The notes beneath the pieces are model-generated. The model was not told the origin of the DNA. It saw only the letters and a program-made list of their open reading frames with translations, and did not search any database. The translations under genes and the position numbers were made by a program. Below are positions 11,377 to 20,800 of a DNA stretch of 64,000 nt, in pieces. The stretch covers positions 4,064,001 to 4,128,000 of the forward strand of contig CBDCTK010000002.1 of NCBI GenBank assembly GCA_965222225.1, written 5' to 3'. Every line of letters starts with the position of its first letter. Position 1 is the stretch's first letter. The stretch comes from Candidatus Poribacteria bacterium. Its GTDB lineage: Bacteria; Poribacteria; WGA-4E; JAJDTR01.

Positions 11377-11865
11377 TCACCGCGAACCACCAGACTTAAT
11401 CCGCCCCCACTGCGTCAGACGATTTCCTTTGGGCGCAACCGCCAACGTCCTCCCAAGTGCGTAGCCTGCTCCATCCCATGCCGCTATTCCACCTTCCAAC
11501 ACTTTCAACCGCTCATGCGCATATCCGAATTCATCCATTAGCAATCGTGCCGCACGGGCACTTGTCGCTTCCGCAGGTCAGCTTCAGTAGAACACCATCA
11601 ACCCCTCTTTGGGAAGCTCCGCATGTCGCATTTCAAGCTGCGCAAGCGGAATAGAGACCGCGTCCGGAATATGCGCTTCTCTGTATGCCCGTTCGCTGCG
11701 AACATCCACCACTACTACCTTCGCTCCACTGTCAAGTAGGCGTTTGAGTTCTAGTGGCGCGATCCGCTCCGGCTCTTCCGCAAACCCGAGTATCCGAGTC
11801 AACGGGAGCAGACATAGGAACGCGATGCCAATGACGACGCTAAGATTCCTGTTCAATCGCTTCAT
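11377..11865 (-). CDS. Secreted rhodanese-domain protein, probable selenoprotein with UxU motif (U94, U96), 162 aa
   Basis: RBS AAGGAGG, signal peptide, VDVR..Y.EAHIPDA, then FY-TGA-S-TGA-PAEATSARAA...LEGGIAAWDGAGY and C-terminal AVAPKGNRLTQWGRIK, all in one frame. Confidence 0.85.
11540..11569 (-). promoter_or_regulatory. Candidate bacterial SECIS hairpin
   Basis: AGCGA-CAA-GTGCC-(CGTGC)-GGCAC-GA-TTGCT, starting 8 nt after the second UGA. Confidence 0.6.
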
Positions 11866-11930
11866 AACTAACCTCCTTTTGCAATGAGAGTTGACCGCAA
11901 ATCGCGACCATCTCCGAATGGCGACATCCT

Positions 11931-12029
11931 GTAGGTTGGGTTGAACAATCAAGCGAGTGGATAACAAGTAATCAAGGGAATGGATAATGACCGCGATAGA
12001 GTTCCCATAGAGATCCGGTGAAACCCAAC
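11931..12029. repeat. REP whose loop is a modular-repeat copy (11947-12016, minus strand)
   Basis: GTAGGTTGGGTTGAAC [modules] GGTGAAACCCAAC. Confidence 0.85.
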
Positions 12030-12283
12030 TATTCAGCTCCTTTCTAGTATACCATTGTATACAATTTCTGTCACCTGACAAACCACCTGTATCACCGAAG
12101 CCTTCAAGCTAGACAGCGGATTGTATACAGGCATTTTCACGTGTGCTATAATAGGCAACTTCCAATAACAAATCTCACATCTTGACCATAGCCTACGGCG
12201 CGCCGTCCCCGCTCTTGCCGGATTCCCAGTAGTAGGCATACTCCGCCGTGCCGTAACCCTTGTGCAGATTACGGCACGGCGGA

Positions 12284-12428
12284 GAATCAAGCGACTGAAT
12301 AAGGATCAGGGGAGTGGAAAGCGAGTGCGATAGAGATCTTAAGGCGATAGTAAATCCCGTGCGATAGAATTCCCATAGAGATCCCCGCGATAGAGATTTT
12401 TCTTGCACCGCCCGCGATAGAACTCCCC
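12284..12428 (-). repeat. Longest modular repeat copy (about 10 modules)
   Basis: Repeated GCGATAG.... units on the + strand. Confidence 0.85.
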
Positions 12429-12551
12429 CTGCCCCGCATTGGAGAGACTTGATTAACGCTAAAAACGCACTGCAAATATAGGGAAATGGTCTAAGATGAA
12501 AACAATGTTCGGAAGTTTTCTGTCATCTGTGCACCTTGCCTCTCGAAGTTT

Positions 12552-13634
12552 TCAGTGACCTCCGTGTGAGTCGGAGGGCAATACCAAAACCTTCACCGAG
12601 CCGTGTTCATCACGTCCGGCAGCGACGGCAAACGCCTGTTGAATCTCATCTAGTGGGAAACGGTGAGTGATTAACGGCATTGGGTCGAGTTTGCCGGCCG
12701 CCATCAGGTCGAGCGCAATCTGAAACTCCCGCTTTCCATCTCGCCGACCGTAGCAGAATGACCACGTGAGGGTCAATTCACGACCCCTTGCGAACCGCGT
12801 GTCCAACTCAAGCGCGCCGGTGTGTCCACCGACCATACAAATTTTCCCCCGTATCGCGGCAATCTGCGTCGCTTGCTGAAGCGTTTGTGCCCTTCCGCCG
12901 ACCGCCTCGAAGACGACATTCGCGCCGCGACCGTTCGTCCACGCTTGGACTGCCTCGACCGCGTCGGCTGCGTCTACGTTAATCGGGAAGATGCCGATCG
13001 ACTCTTTGGCAATTTGTAACGGCGCGTCCGGTTTGCCCAAGACAGCGACGGACACCGCACCAGCCAGTTGCGCCATCTGCGCGAGCGCCAAACCGACCGG
13101 ACCGCTGCCGATGACCGCCACGCTATCGCCCGGATGGACTGGCGCCATCGACAAGGCGTGGACGGCTACGGCGTAAACTTCAGCCATTGCTCCCGCCTCG
13201 AACGAAACCCGATTAGGTAATTCGTAGACGTTATCTTCCGGCGCAACCATATACTCGGCAAATCCCCCGCTGAAAACATTGCCCAGACGTTTTCCTCTGG
13301 AACCGCCGATATGAATGAGCTTTGAACACAGATTGTAATTGCCGTTTAGACACTCAGGGCAATTGTTGCATGGGACTGTCGGCTCGACGACGACCTGATC
13401 GCCGATCTGATATTGATGAACCGCCACCCCAACCCCGGCGACCCGTCCCGTGAGTTCGTGTCCGCCTGTTGCAGGTGGACGTGGTTTTTCCGGCTGATGG
13501 TGATAACCGTGCAGGTCACTGCCGCAGATGCCGGTTGCTCGGACTTCAACGAGTACCTCGCGCTCCTCCGGCACCGGCTTTGGCACAGTTTCGACTCGAA
13601 TATCTTTACCTCCATAAAAACGTGCAGCTCTCAT
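12552..13634 (-). CDS. Zn-dependent medium-chain dehydrogenase (threonine/sorbitol dehydrogenase-like)
   Basis: GICGSDLH, GHE, CxxCxxCx7C, GSGPVG. Confidence 0.92.
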   Translation of the reverse strand: MRAARFYGGKDIRVETVPKPVPEEREVLVEVRATGICGSDLHGYHHQPEKPRPPATGGHELTGRVAGVGVAVHQYQIGDQVVVEPTVPCNNCPECLNGNYNLCSKLIHIGGSRGKRLGNVFSGGFAEYMVAPEDNVYELPNRVSFEAGAMAEVYAVAVHALSMAPVHPGDSVAVIGSGPVGLALAQMAQLAGAVSVAVLGKPDAPLQIAKESIGIFPINVDAADAVEAVQAWTNGRGANVVFEAVGGRAQTLQQATQIAAIRGKICMVGGHTGALELDTRFARGRELTLTWSFCYGRRDGKREFQIALDLMAAGKLDPMPLITHRFPLDEIQQAFAVAAGRDEHGSVKVLVLPSDSHGGH

Positions 13635-14057
13635 CTGTTCCTCCGGGGTTAATTTAACGTGAGTTCGACGTAAGAAGCTACGTGACGAGTGATGAGTGAT
13701 AGGTGAATTTTCACCTCTCACTCCTCCCAGATTTTGTCGGCATATTTGAATGAATGCGATGGTATCGACACCAGCGGCACTGTGTCGGGGACGACCACTG
13801 AAGGTGACGATGCCGCTGGACGAAGCAGAGCGTCACGAATGGCAGGCCATGTCGAGTTATGACTCGTTTGCGTGGCTTGCCAGCCAACTGCGCCAAGCAT
13901 TAGAGCCATGGCAGCGTGGCTCTGGATGGCAATTGAGCTGTCCCAAGGCATCTCGCCAAACCATCGAAGCAGTTGTGGTGTACGAAAGTTCCTTTCCCCG
14001 TCTAATATTGGCGATTCTGACGCCGACGTTTTTCAGCCCCTTGGTTTCGGGCGATAC

Positions 14058-14619
14058 TTACTTCTGACGCTTGGCTCTGTTCTTCTCTGATTGCTGTGTT
14101 TGATTGGCTTGGTGTATCAATAAGAGGTCGATGCCCTCAAAAACTTGAAAAATGCGTCGTAGCGTTGGGCGTTGCGTGGGCTTGCCGACTTGGTTGGGAA
14201 TGGTTCGTCCCTGCCGGGTCAGTTCAGAGCGAATCCAACGCTCTGCTAGCGCATAAACCAGTAGCGACAGCCCCATCACCATTAAAAGCGCCATAATGCG
14301 TTGCGGTTTTTCTAAGAATAGACTGGAGGCAAAAAATAACGGGTCCTTGAGAAATCGGAATCCACGCTCTACCGAAACGTTCTGACCTTTGTACGCTGAA
14401 AGTATCGTGGCATCATCAAGAGATATGGCATCCAATTCATTCGTCGCCAACACAAACTTACCTTTGCTGTTCTTGGCTTGTTCAATTGCCTGTGGCTGTT
14501 CAACAACCTGACCAACGACTTGAAAACCGATTCGTGTCGGAAGTTGTTCTTTGGTTGGACGCCCCGGGTTTGGGTAATGAGGAATGTCAATCAGTTCAAT
14601 TTGAGGTTCATGATAACGC
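14058..14619 (-). pseudogene. IS1634-family transposase C-terminal fragment, truncated at the IS3 left end
   Basis: FVLATN, VERGFRFLKDP, IPNQVGKPTQRPTLR. Confidence 0.8.
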
Positions 14620-15930
14620 TGTACTGCCATCGGAAATTTAGGCCATAATCTTAACCAAGATTGTGATACAATTTCCAATCAGATTGAAAGGAGATTCCGA
14701 TGGCTAAACGAAGGAGATTCACATCCCAATTTAAGGCTGAAGTCGTTATTGAGGTACTTACCGGTCAAAGTTCACAAGCGGAACTTTGTCGGCGGCATAA
14801 CCTCAGCCAAGAGCAATTATCAAAGTGGAAACACCAACTTCTTGACAACGCAGCGACTCTCTTTGAATCCACTGACAAGCAATCCACTGATTATAGAGAA
14901 CGGATTGCTCAACTGGAGCAGCTTGTTGGGATCAAACGAACGATCAACTGAGTGGATAACGAAGGCGATAGCAAATCCCATAGTGAGTGCGATAGGGATC
15001 CCTAGTGAGTTTGGCGTTAGACATCCAAAAAAAAGCCTTGACTTTGCTCAATTGAATCGGTCTCAAAAGCGACAGATGGTTGAAGCTTTGCACACCGATT
15101 ACCCGGTTCGGCACATTTGTGATGTACTCGGCTTCAATCGGAGTAGTCTCTATTATCAACCGAAGCATGACCCCATTGAACAGGTGCTACGCGATGAGAT
15201 TGAGCAACTGGCAGCCCGTTATCCGAAGTATGGCTATAGACGCATCACTCATCTGCTGTTGCGCATGGGCTACTCGGTCGGTTACACACGCGTCGCCCGA
15301 CTGATGAGAGAAGAGAATCTGTTAGTTGCTGTCAAACGTGCCTGTCAAACCACTCAATCGTTGCGCGGTCATAGTCAATGGGACAATCAGCTTGAGAACC
15401 TTAACATCTGTCGCCGAAATCAGGTTTGGGTCGGTGACATTACTTATGTCCGACTCAAGGGACAATTCATCTATGTTTCGGTGTTAATGGATGTTTTCAG
15501 TCGAGTGGTAAGAGGTTGGCAACTGAGTCAACACTTGACAGAACCGCTCACATTGCAACCGTTGCAAAAGGCATTAAGTCAAGGCAATCCAGAAATTCAT
15601 CATAGTGACCAGGGCGTTCAGTATCCTTCAACAGCCTATATTTCAACTCTGATTGAACATGGAATTGACATTTCCTTAGCCCATAGAGGGCGTCCGTGGG
15701 AGAACGGCTATGCTGAAAGACTTATCCGAACCCTCAAGGAAGAAGAAGTGTATCTCAATGAGTACGATGATATAATGGATGCCAGAGAGCGAATCGGTCA
15801 TTTTATTGTACAAGTTTATAACCGGAAACGACCTCACTCGGCGTTAGGTTATTTGACACCGGTTGAATTTGAGCAACAATACTTGTCTTAACTTTGCTTA
15901 GTTGTGGTCTAAATTCTCGTTGGCACTTCA
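14620..15930 (+). mobile_element. IS3-family insertion sequence; orfA disrupted by a modular-repeat insert
   Basis: Inverted repeats TGTACTGCCATCGGAAATTTAGGCCA and TGAAGTGCCAACGAGAATTTAGACCA (20/26). orfA HTH from 14700; A8G slippery site at about 15027; orfB DDE motifs WVGDITY, HHSDQGVQY, ENGYAER, HSALGYLTP. Confidence 0.92.
14928..15010 (-). repeat. Modular repeat copy inserted in IS3 orfA
   Basis: Interrupts LEQLVG / SLALDIQKKA. Confidence 0.9.
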
Positions 15931-16065
15931 AGTTCTTTTGGGTTGACCATTGAAAAAGTCTCCAGCGGTTCCTGATACTATGCAACTTGTCCGGATTGCT
16001 TCCCCTGTGGTAGGCGCTGTTTCTAACTGCGCGTCGCGGGGGGTTGTGTCATCGGTGCGGTTAGA

Positions 16066-16297
16066 GGGATCTCTATCGCGTGGGATCTACTATCGCACTC
16101 CCTATTCGGTCGTTTGATCCTATTCGGTCACTTGATCGCACCTACCGTTAGTACCTATTTAGGTTTGTGACATCGGCGGAGGTGAAGAGATTTCTATCGC
16201 AGTCACTTTGGGATTTACTATCGGGATTAGCTATCGCAGTCATTGTCCATTCCCTTGATCCTTCGCTATCCACTCAGTTGATCGTTCGTTTGATCCC
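16066..16297 (+). repeat. Two modular repeat copies (16066-16137, 16187-16297), each splitting a REP hairpin
   Basis: GTGCGGTTAGA[..]GCACCTAC and CGGCGGAGGTGAA[..]CCCCGCCTAC. Confidence 0.85.
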
Positions 16298-16734
16298 CGC
16301 CTACGGGTTTGGTGCTTCACGGCTTTCCGTTCAACCCAACGTTGTACGTTTGTACAAAGTCGAGCTAAGTATATCATTGTATACGATTTCCGCCGCACGA
16401 CAATCCACGCGAATCACTGAAACCTTGAAATCGGAGACGACTGCCCTACGAATTGGCGATCGTTCTATTGACGTGACCAACAGTATATCATACAATCACA
16501 TGAAGACGTGAACGTTCCCTCATTCAGATGCGATTCAAGGGGGTGTTTGTTCCGTTTTTGGGTTTTTCTGCACCTGAAAGCAAATCGTGATAATGAAAAG
16601 GTTATTTGCATCTTTTTCGCTGCGTGGTAACGTGTTTGTGCGACTAGCGAAAAGCATTACGATTTTTAGCGGAGCAGTAAAGTGTAGAGCGAGGATCAAA
16701 ATAGAAGCGTACGCGTACGCTGGAGGTTTTCGCC

Positions 16735-17439
16735 ATGAAGAAATTCGCATTTACAATGTCAGCAGTTTTCGTGCTATTGAGTGGTATTGTGATAATGATA
16801 AATCCATCGGCGCAAGAGACCGAACTAGCGCAGATCGTCTTCCACTCCAATCGGGACGGGAATAAAGAAATCTACGTCATGGACGCCGATGGGAACAATC
16901 TACGCAGGTTAACAACAAATCTATGGGCTGATTCCGATCCGGCATGGTCCCCTGATGGCCAAAAGATTGTCTACCATTCCACGTGGCGTGGGCGCCCTAC
17001 AGTCTTCGTCATGGATGCCGATGGTAACAATCAACAAAAGTTAACAAACAATAAAATTAGAGCGTTTGATTCAAGTCCGGCGTGGCCCCCTAGCGGTCAA
17101 AAGATTGCCTTAGTCTCCACCCGTGATGGCAACAAAGAAATCTACGTCATGGATCCCGACGGCGAGCATCAACTCAGACTAACAAACAATAAAAGGGATG
17201 ACAACTATCCAGCCTGGTCACCTGACGGTCAACAGATTGTTTTCGTGTCTAGGCGGGACGGGAACTTTGAAATCTACGTCATGAATTCCGATGGGAGGAA
17301 TCAAACTAGGCTGACAAACAATCCCGCTACGGACAGCGAACCGGCTTGGTTCGATCCCCGTTTTGCACGGGCGGTGGAGCCTCCAGGTAAGTTGAAGTCT
17401 ACCTGGGGAAAGATCAAGGGATATCAAAGGAAGGAATGA
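16735..17439 (+). CDS. Secreted TolB-like PD40-repeat protein with C-terminal AVEPxGKLxxTWGxIK motif
   Basis: Repeats of RDGNxEIYVM..G.N..RLT and PAWSPDG; signal peptide. Confidence 0.9.
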   Translation: MKKFAFTMSAVFVLLSGIVIMINPSAQETELAQIVFHSNRDGNKEIYVMDADGNNLRRLTTNLWADSDPAWSPDGQKIVYHSTWRGRPTVFVMDADGNNQQKLTNNKIRAFDSSPAWPPSGQKIALVSTRDGNKEIYVMDPDGEHQLRLTNNKRDDNYPAWSPDGQQIVFVSRRDGNFEIYVMNSDGRNQTRLTNNPATDSEPAWFDPRFARAVEPPGKLKSTWGKIKGYQRKE

Positions 17440-17498
17440 ATCAAGCGACCGATCAAGTGACCGAATAGGGAACGCGATAGAGTTCCCATAGAGATCCC
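17412..17498 (-). repeat. Modular repeat copy overlapping the 3' end of the TolB-like gene
   Basis: GATCAAG of the K-I-K codons runs directly into modules ending ...CCATAGAGATCCC. Confidence 0.75.
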
Positions 17499-17678
17499 GA
17501 AGGTGTGTAGAAGGGCGGCACCCCAAAGACCACAAGCCCCGGAGGGTTACAGGTATACGTCTTATTAGGAGCGATTTCCAAATCGCGACGAATCTTCCTC
17601 CTACCCGCGTCCGTTTGTAGGGGACGGCCCCTGTGCCGTCCCACGACAACTTGTAGCCGCCACGTTTTAAGAACAAAA

Positions 17679-18045
17679 ATGTACATCAGATATCTCAGAT
17701 ATCAAGGAACCAAAAACAGCGGCAAAACCGGCAAGCCTAGCGGTATTTTTGCCGTCGCTTGGCACATGAAACAGAAAGGACGCCTCACCCAGAGAGAAAT
17801 AGAAGAGATCCAACAAATCGAGAACTGGTTCGAGGACAATTTGCCCAATCCTCCGTTCTACCAGAAATCCAACCCCCGGAAAGCCATTACCTGGTTTAAA
17901 CGAAACAACGGCAGAGATGATTGAGAAAATAGAGCAGGTAAAAACTATCATCGAACGAAACGGCTGGAAAATTGAGGTCGAATATCACGAAAACGCTCCG
18001 GGCAAAATCATCTACGAAGACGAATATCAAATTGCCACCATCTGA
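17679..18045 (+). pseudogene. Hypothetical protein, apparently frameshifted near 17910
   Basis: WFEDNLPNPPFY...AITWFK continues in another frame as MIEKI...PGKIIYEDEYQIATI. Confidence 0.55.
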
Positions 18046-18150
18046 AGGCACCTGACGATTAGGTTATTTTCCCCGAAACCGATCTGCCGACTGAATGTAA
18101 TAGGTACACTCCGTATGCCGTAACCCGCACAAAATCCGAGGACCAACCCA

Positions 18151-20142
18151 TTGACCAACGACAACACAACCGATTCTTCTTATGCCCTAGACTCAAATCC
18201 ACTGGCATACACCCCGCCCGACCGGCTAATCCACGATTTCGCCAGCTGGGGGCTGGTCGTGCTGCCGCTGGAAAGTCTCGGGATTCCGCTTGATACCCAC
18301 GACCGCATCTATGAGCTGCAGAAGCGAGCGGTCAAGCCCCCGACACGCGCCACACTTTTCCAAGTTCCCGAAGTACTGGAGATAATCAATGCGCCCGGCG
18401 TCGTCGCGGCCTGCAATCAACTCGTCGGCGAGCGCTGGGTAATTGTTCCGTTTACCGCCGTGCCCATTTCCAGCGGCGCCAGCGATCAACTCTGGCACAA
18501 GGACGACAACAGCCCCGCGAACGGCAGAAAACAGCGTCACCATCACGCTGTGCAAATTGAGTTACTGTATTACCCGCAGGCGGTTCCTGAAGACATGGGC
18601 CCAACGGCGATCGCGCCCTATTCACACTACTGGACGCTTAATCACGAAGACAATCAGGACAATTTTGCCGGGTCGGACCATCTTGATTTTAACTACATGC
18701 TGGAAGCGATGGGAAAGCAACATGTCAGCGGACCCAACTCCGTATACGACGAAGACGACATCATTCACCGTCGCACGGCGCACGACATTCGGATGAGAGA
18801 TGCAGTTACCAACTTGAAGTGGCACCTTGTCCAGCAGTTTGAAGTGGCTCCGCTTCGCGCCGGCACCGTCATTCTGTGCTCTCACAACATCTTCCATCGA
18901 GGCAACCACAGGCGCGACGATTGGCGCACCTGGAACAATCACCCGCGCTTCATGTGGCGATTCTGGCTGTACCGCACCACCGATCCCGACCCTAGTCGTG
19001 AAAACGGCGCGCCGCCCGAGCTTGATTGGAACGGGCTGAGCATAGACCTCCTGACCCGCACCGATCTGACCCAAGCCAGCAACGACCTGACTGTCGTCTG
19101 GCGGCATCACTATCACTGGCTGCACACCGGTCAACCGCCTCCACCGCGAGTGGATGCTGCTGCCTTGGCGGCTGAAAAACGGGAAAAAGAGGCCGCACGA
19201 TTATCCGAGCGGCTTTACGCAAAACACGACCAAGCGGAGCCCGCACGAATCGGCGCGGCGTATAGACTTGCGTCCATTGGTGACAATGAGTTGGCGTTAA
19301 GGCTGCTTGCCGAAGCCTTGTATGACGAGCGGGAGAGCGTGCGGCGAGCCGCTACCTATGGGCCGGTTGCCGTTGGACCGGACGCTACCGGCGTCTTTCT
19401 TGAGGCGGCAACGTCGCCGCTCAAATGGGTTCGGAAGGCGGGAGTGTTTGGTCTGGGCGATGCCAGCCCGCTCAACCATGAGGTTTTGAAAGCCGTTGTA
19501 ACGTGTCTGGAGGACGACCCGTCGGTCTATGTCCGTTCCGTTGCCACTGGGAGTCTGGGGTGTTTGGGGCGTCGCGCCATCGCTACAGGCGTCGGCAAAT
19601 CACTGATTCCCGCCTGCCTTGAGGCGCTAGCGGCGAGCTTGGAGCGTGAGGAGAATCGGCTGTGTATGAGCCTGGCGCAAAATCGGGGCGTCAAATTTGC
19701 ACGCCCGACGGATGAATGCGATGTGTGTGAGGGCAGTCTTATTATACAAGCCGATCGTGAAGGTTTTGAGCCGGTACGCTCGGCAGTCCGTGAAAACGCG
19801 CTATGGTCCGTCGTCATGCTATGCTCACACGGCGCGGCAATTATGGATGATGCACTCGAGCCGACGATACGTGCGCTAAAAACCTTGGTGCAAAACGATC
19901 GGAACGCCATCTGCGTCGGATTCGCTTCCGATGCGTTGACCCGCCTTGCCAATCTGCAGCCGCACGACGAGACAGTCCCGCCGCTTATCCAAGACCTGCG
20001 GGCGCACCTCTTGACGATACTCAAAGCGCCGCCGGTTCAAAGCTGGGACACCCTTGTCCGCGGCGGCCTCAGCCCAAGTGCCTTATCTGAGTTGACGCAG
20101 CGGATTGATATAAAAATAGGACTTACGCAGTTCGGTCTGTAG
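18151..20142 (+). CDS. Phytanoyl-CoA dioxygenase-like (PhyH) domain fused to HEAT repeats
   Basis: WHKD, MGPT, AGTV..HN.FHRG; L.DE.ESVRRAA.YG and EDDPSVYVRSVA repeats. Confidence 0.8.
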   Translation: MTNDNTTDSSYALDSNPLAYTPPDRLIHDFASWGLVVLPLESLGIPLDTHDRIYELQKRAVKPPTRATLFQVPEVLEIINAPGVVAACNQLVGERWVIVPFTAVPISSGASDQLWHKDDNSPANGRKQRHHHAVQIELLYYPQAVPEDMGPTAIAPYSHYWTLNHEDNQDNFAGSDHLDFNYMLEAMGKQHVSGPNSVYDEDDIIHRRTAHDIRMRDAVTNLKWHLVQQFEVAPLRAGTVILCSHNIFHRGNHRRDDWRTWNNHPRFMWRFWLYRTTDPDPSRENGAPPELDWNGLSIDLLTRTDLTQASNDLTVVWRHHYHWLHTGQPPPPRVDAAALAAEKREKEAARLSERLYAKHDQAEPARIGAAYRLASIGDNELALRLLAEALYDERESVRRAATYGPVAVGPDATGVFLEAATSPLKWVRKAGVFGLGDASPLNHEVLKAVVTCLEDDPSVYVRSVATGSLGCLGRRAIATGVGKSLIPACLEALAASLEREENRLCMSLAQNRGVKFARPTDECDVCEGSLIIQADREGFEPVRSAVRENALWSVVMLCSHGAAIMDDALEPTIRALKTLVQNDRNAICVGFASDALTRLANLQPHDETVPPLIQDLRAHLLTILKAPPVQSWDTLVRGGLSPSALSELTQRIDIKIGLTQFGL

Positions 20143-20271
20143 GAGCGATCTCCCGGTCGCGACCACAGTTACTACCCATTTTCGGTAGGTCGGGCTTCCA
20201 GCCCGACCCGCGCGCGCGATAATAAACAAAGTAGCCTGTAGTGTGCGATAGAACTCCCCTAGAGATCCCGC

Positions 20272-20752
20272 TATAGTCGTCTAGATTCATATTTACACAT
20301 ATTAGGATTGTATGTTACTATATGAACTATTATGAGCTATAGCGTAGATTTAAGAAAGCGAGTCGTGAGTTACGTTGAGTCGGGTGGCAGTAAGGCAGAA
20401 GCCGCTCGTCGGTTTGAAGTCAGTCGTAAGACAGTATACAACTGGTTAGCGTTAGATGACCTGTCGCCCAAACCACACCCAAAGCATACTCTCAAAGTCG
20501 ACAAACACGCATTGAAACGCCATGTGCAAGAGTATCCTGATTCGACTCTATAGTCATTGCAACTAAGAATTTTACATATAGGACCTACATTGTTCGGTTT
20601 GTAGTAGCGCAATTCATTGCGCGTCTTCTGTAGGAGCGATCTCTTGGTCGTGACCACTTATGCTGGCAGGGCAAGATGCCCGCCCAACGGTAGCGACCTC
20701 TCCCGTTGCCGCGTAAGTCTTATACGTGTAAACACGAATGTAAATGACTATA
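20272..20752 (+). mobile_element. IS630-derived remnant: transposase N-terminus (20332-20553) plus a nested REP-bearing TATAGTCATT...AATGACTATA unit (20549-20752)
   Basis: MSYSVDLRKRVV..GGSKAEAARRFEVS HTH; TA-flanked TAGTC inverted ends; a related end occurs at about 49967-49997. Confidence 0.7.
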
Positions 20753-20800
20753 GACTATCGGTATAGAATCAATCTCTCGTAACCTTACAGGAAACGCAAA

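Noticed and set aside
11866-12081. N-terminal extension of the rhodanese ORF given in the ORF track
   Set aside because: It runs through REP and modular repeat DNA; a strong RBS and a signal peptide place the start at 11865.
12284-12428. Modular arrays as a CRISPR array
   Set aside because: Units are 11-14 nt and degenerate, with no unique 25-45-nt spacers, no leader and no cas genes in the window.
13718-14067. Short ORFs between the dehydrogenase and the IS1634 fragment
   Set aside because: No recognisable motif on either strand; possibly a transposase remnant but not supportable.
14749-15030. N-terminal part of the 380-aa IS3 ORF as real protein
   Set aside because: It is an alternative frame of orfA plus the insert; orfB is normally entered at the A8G frameshift site.
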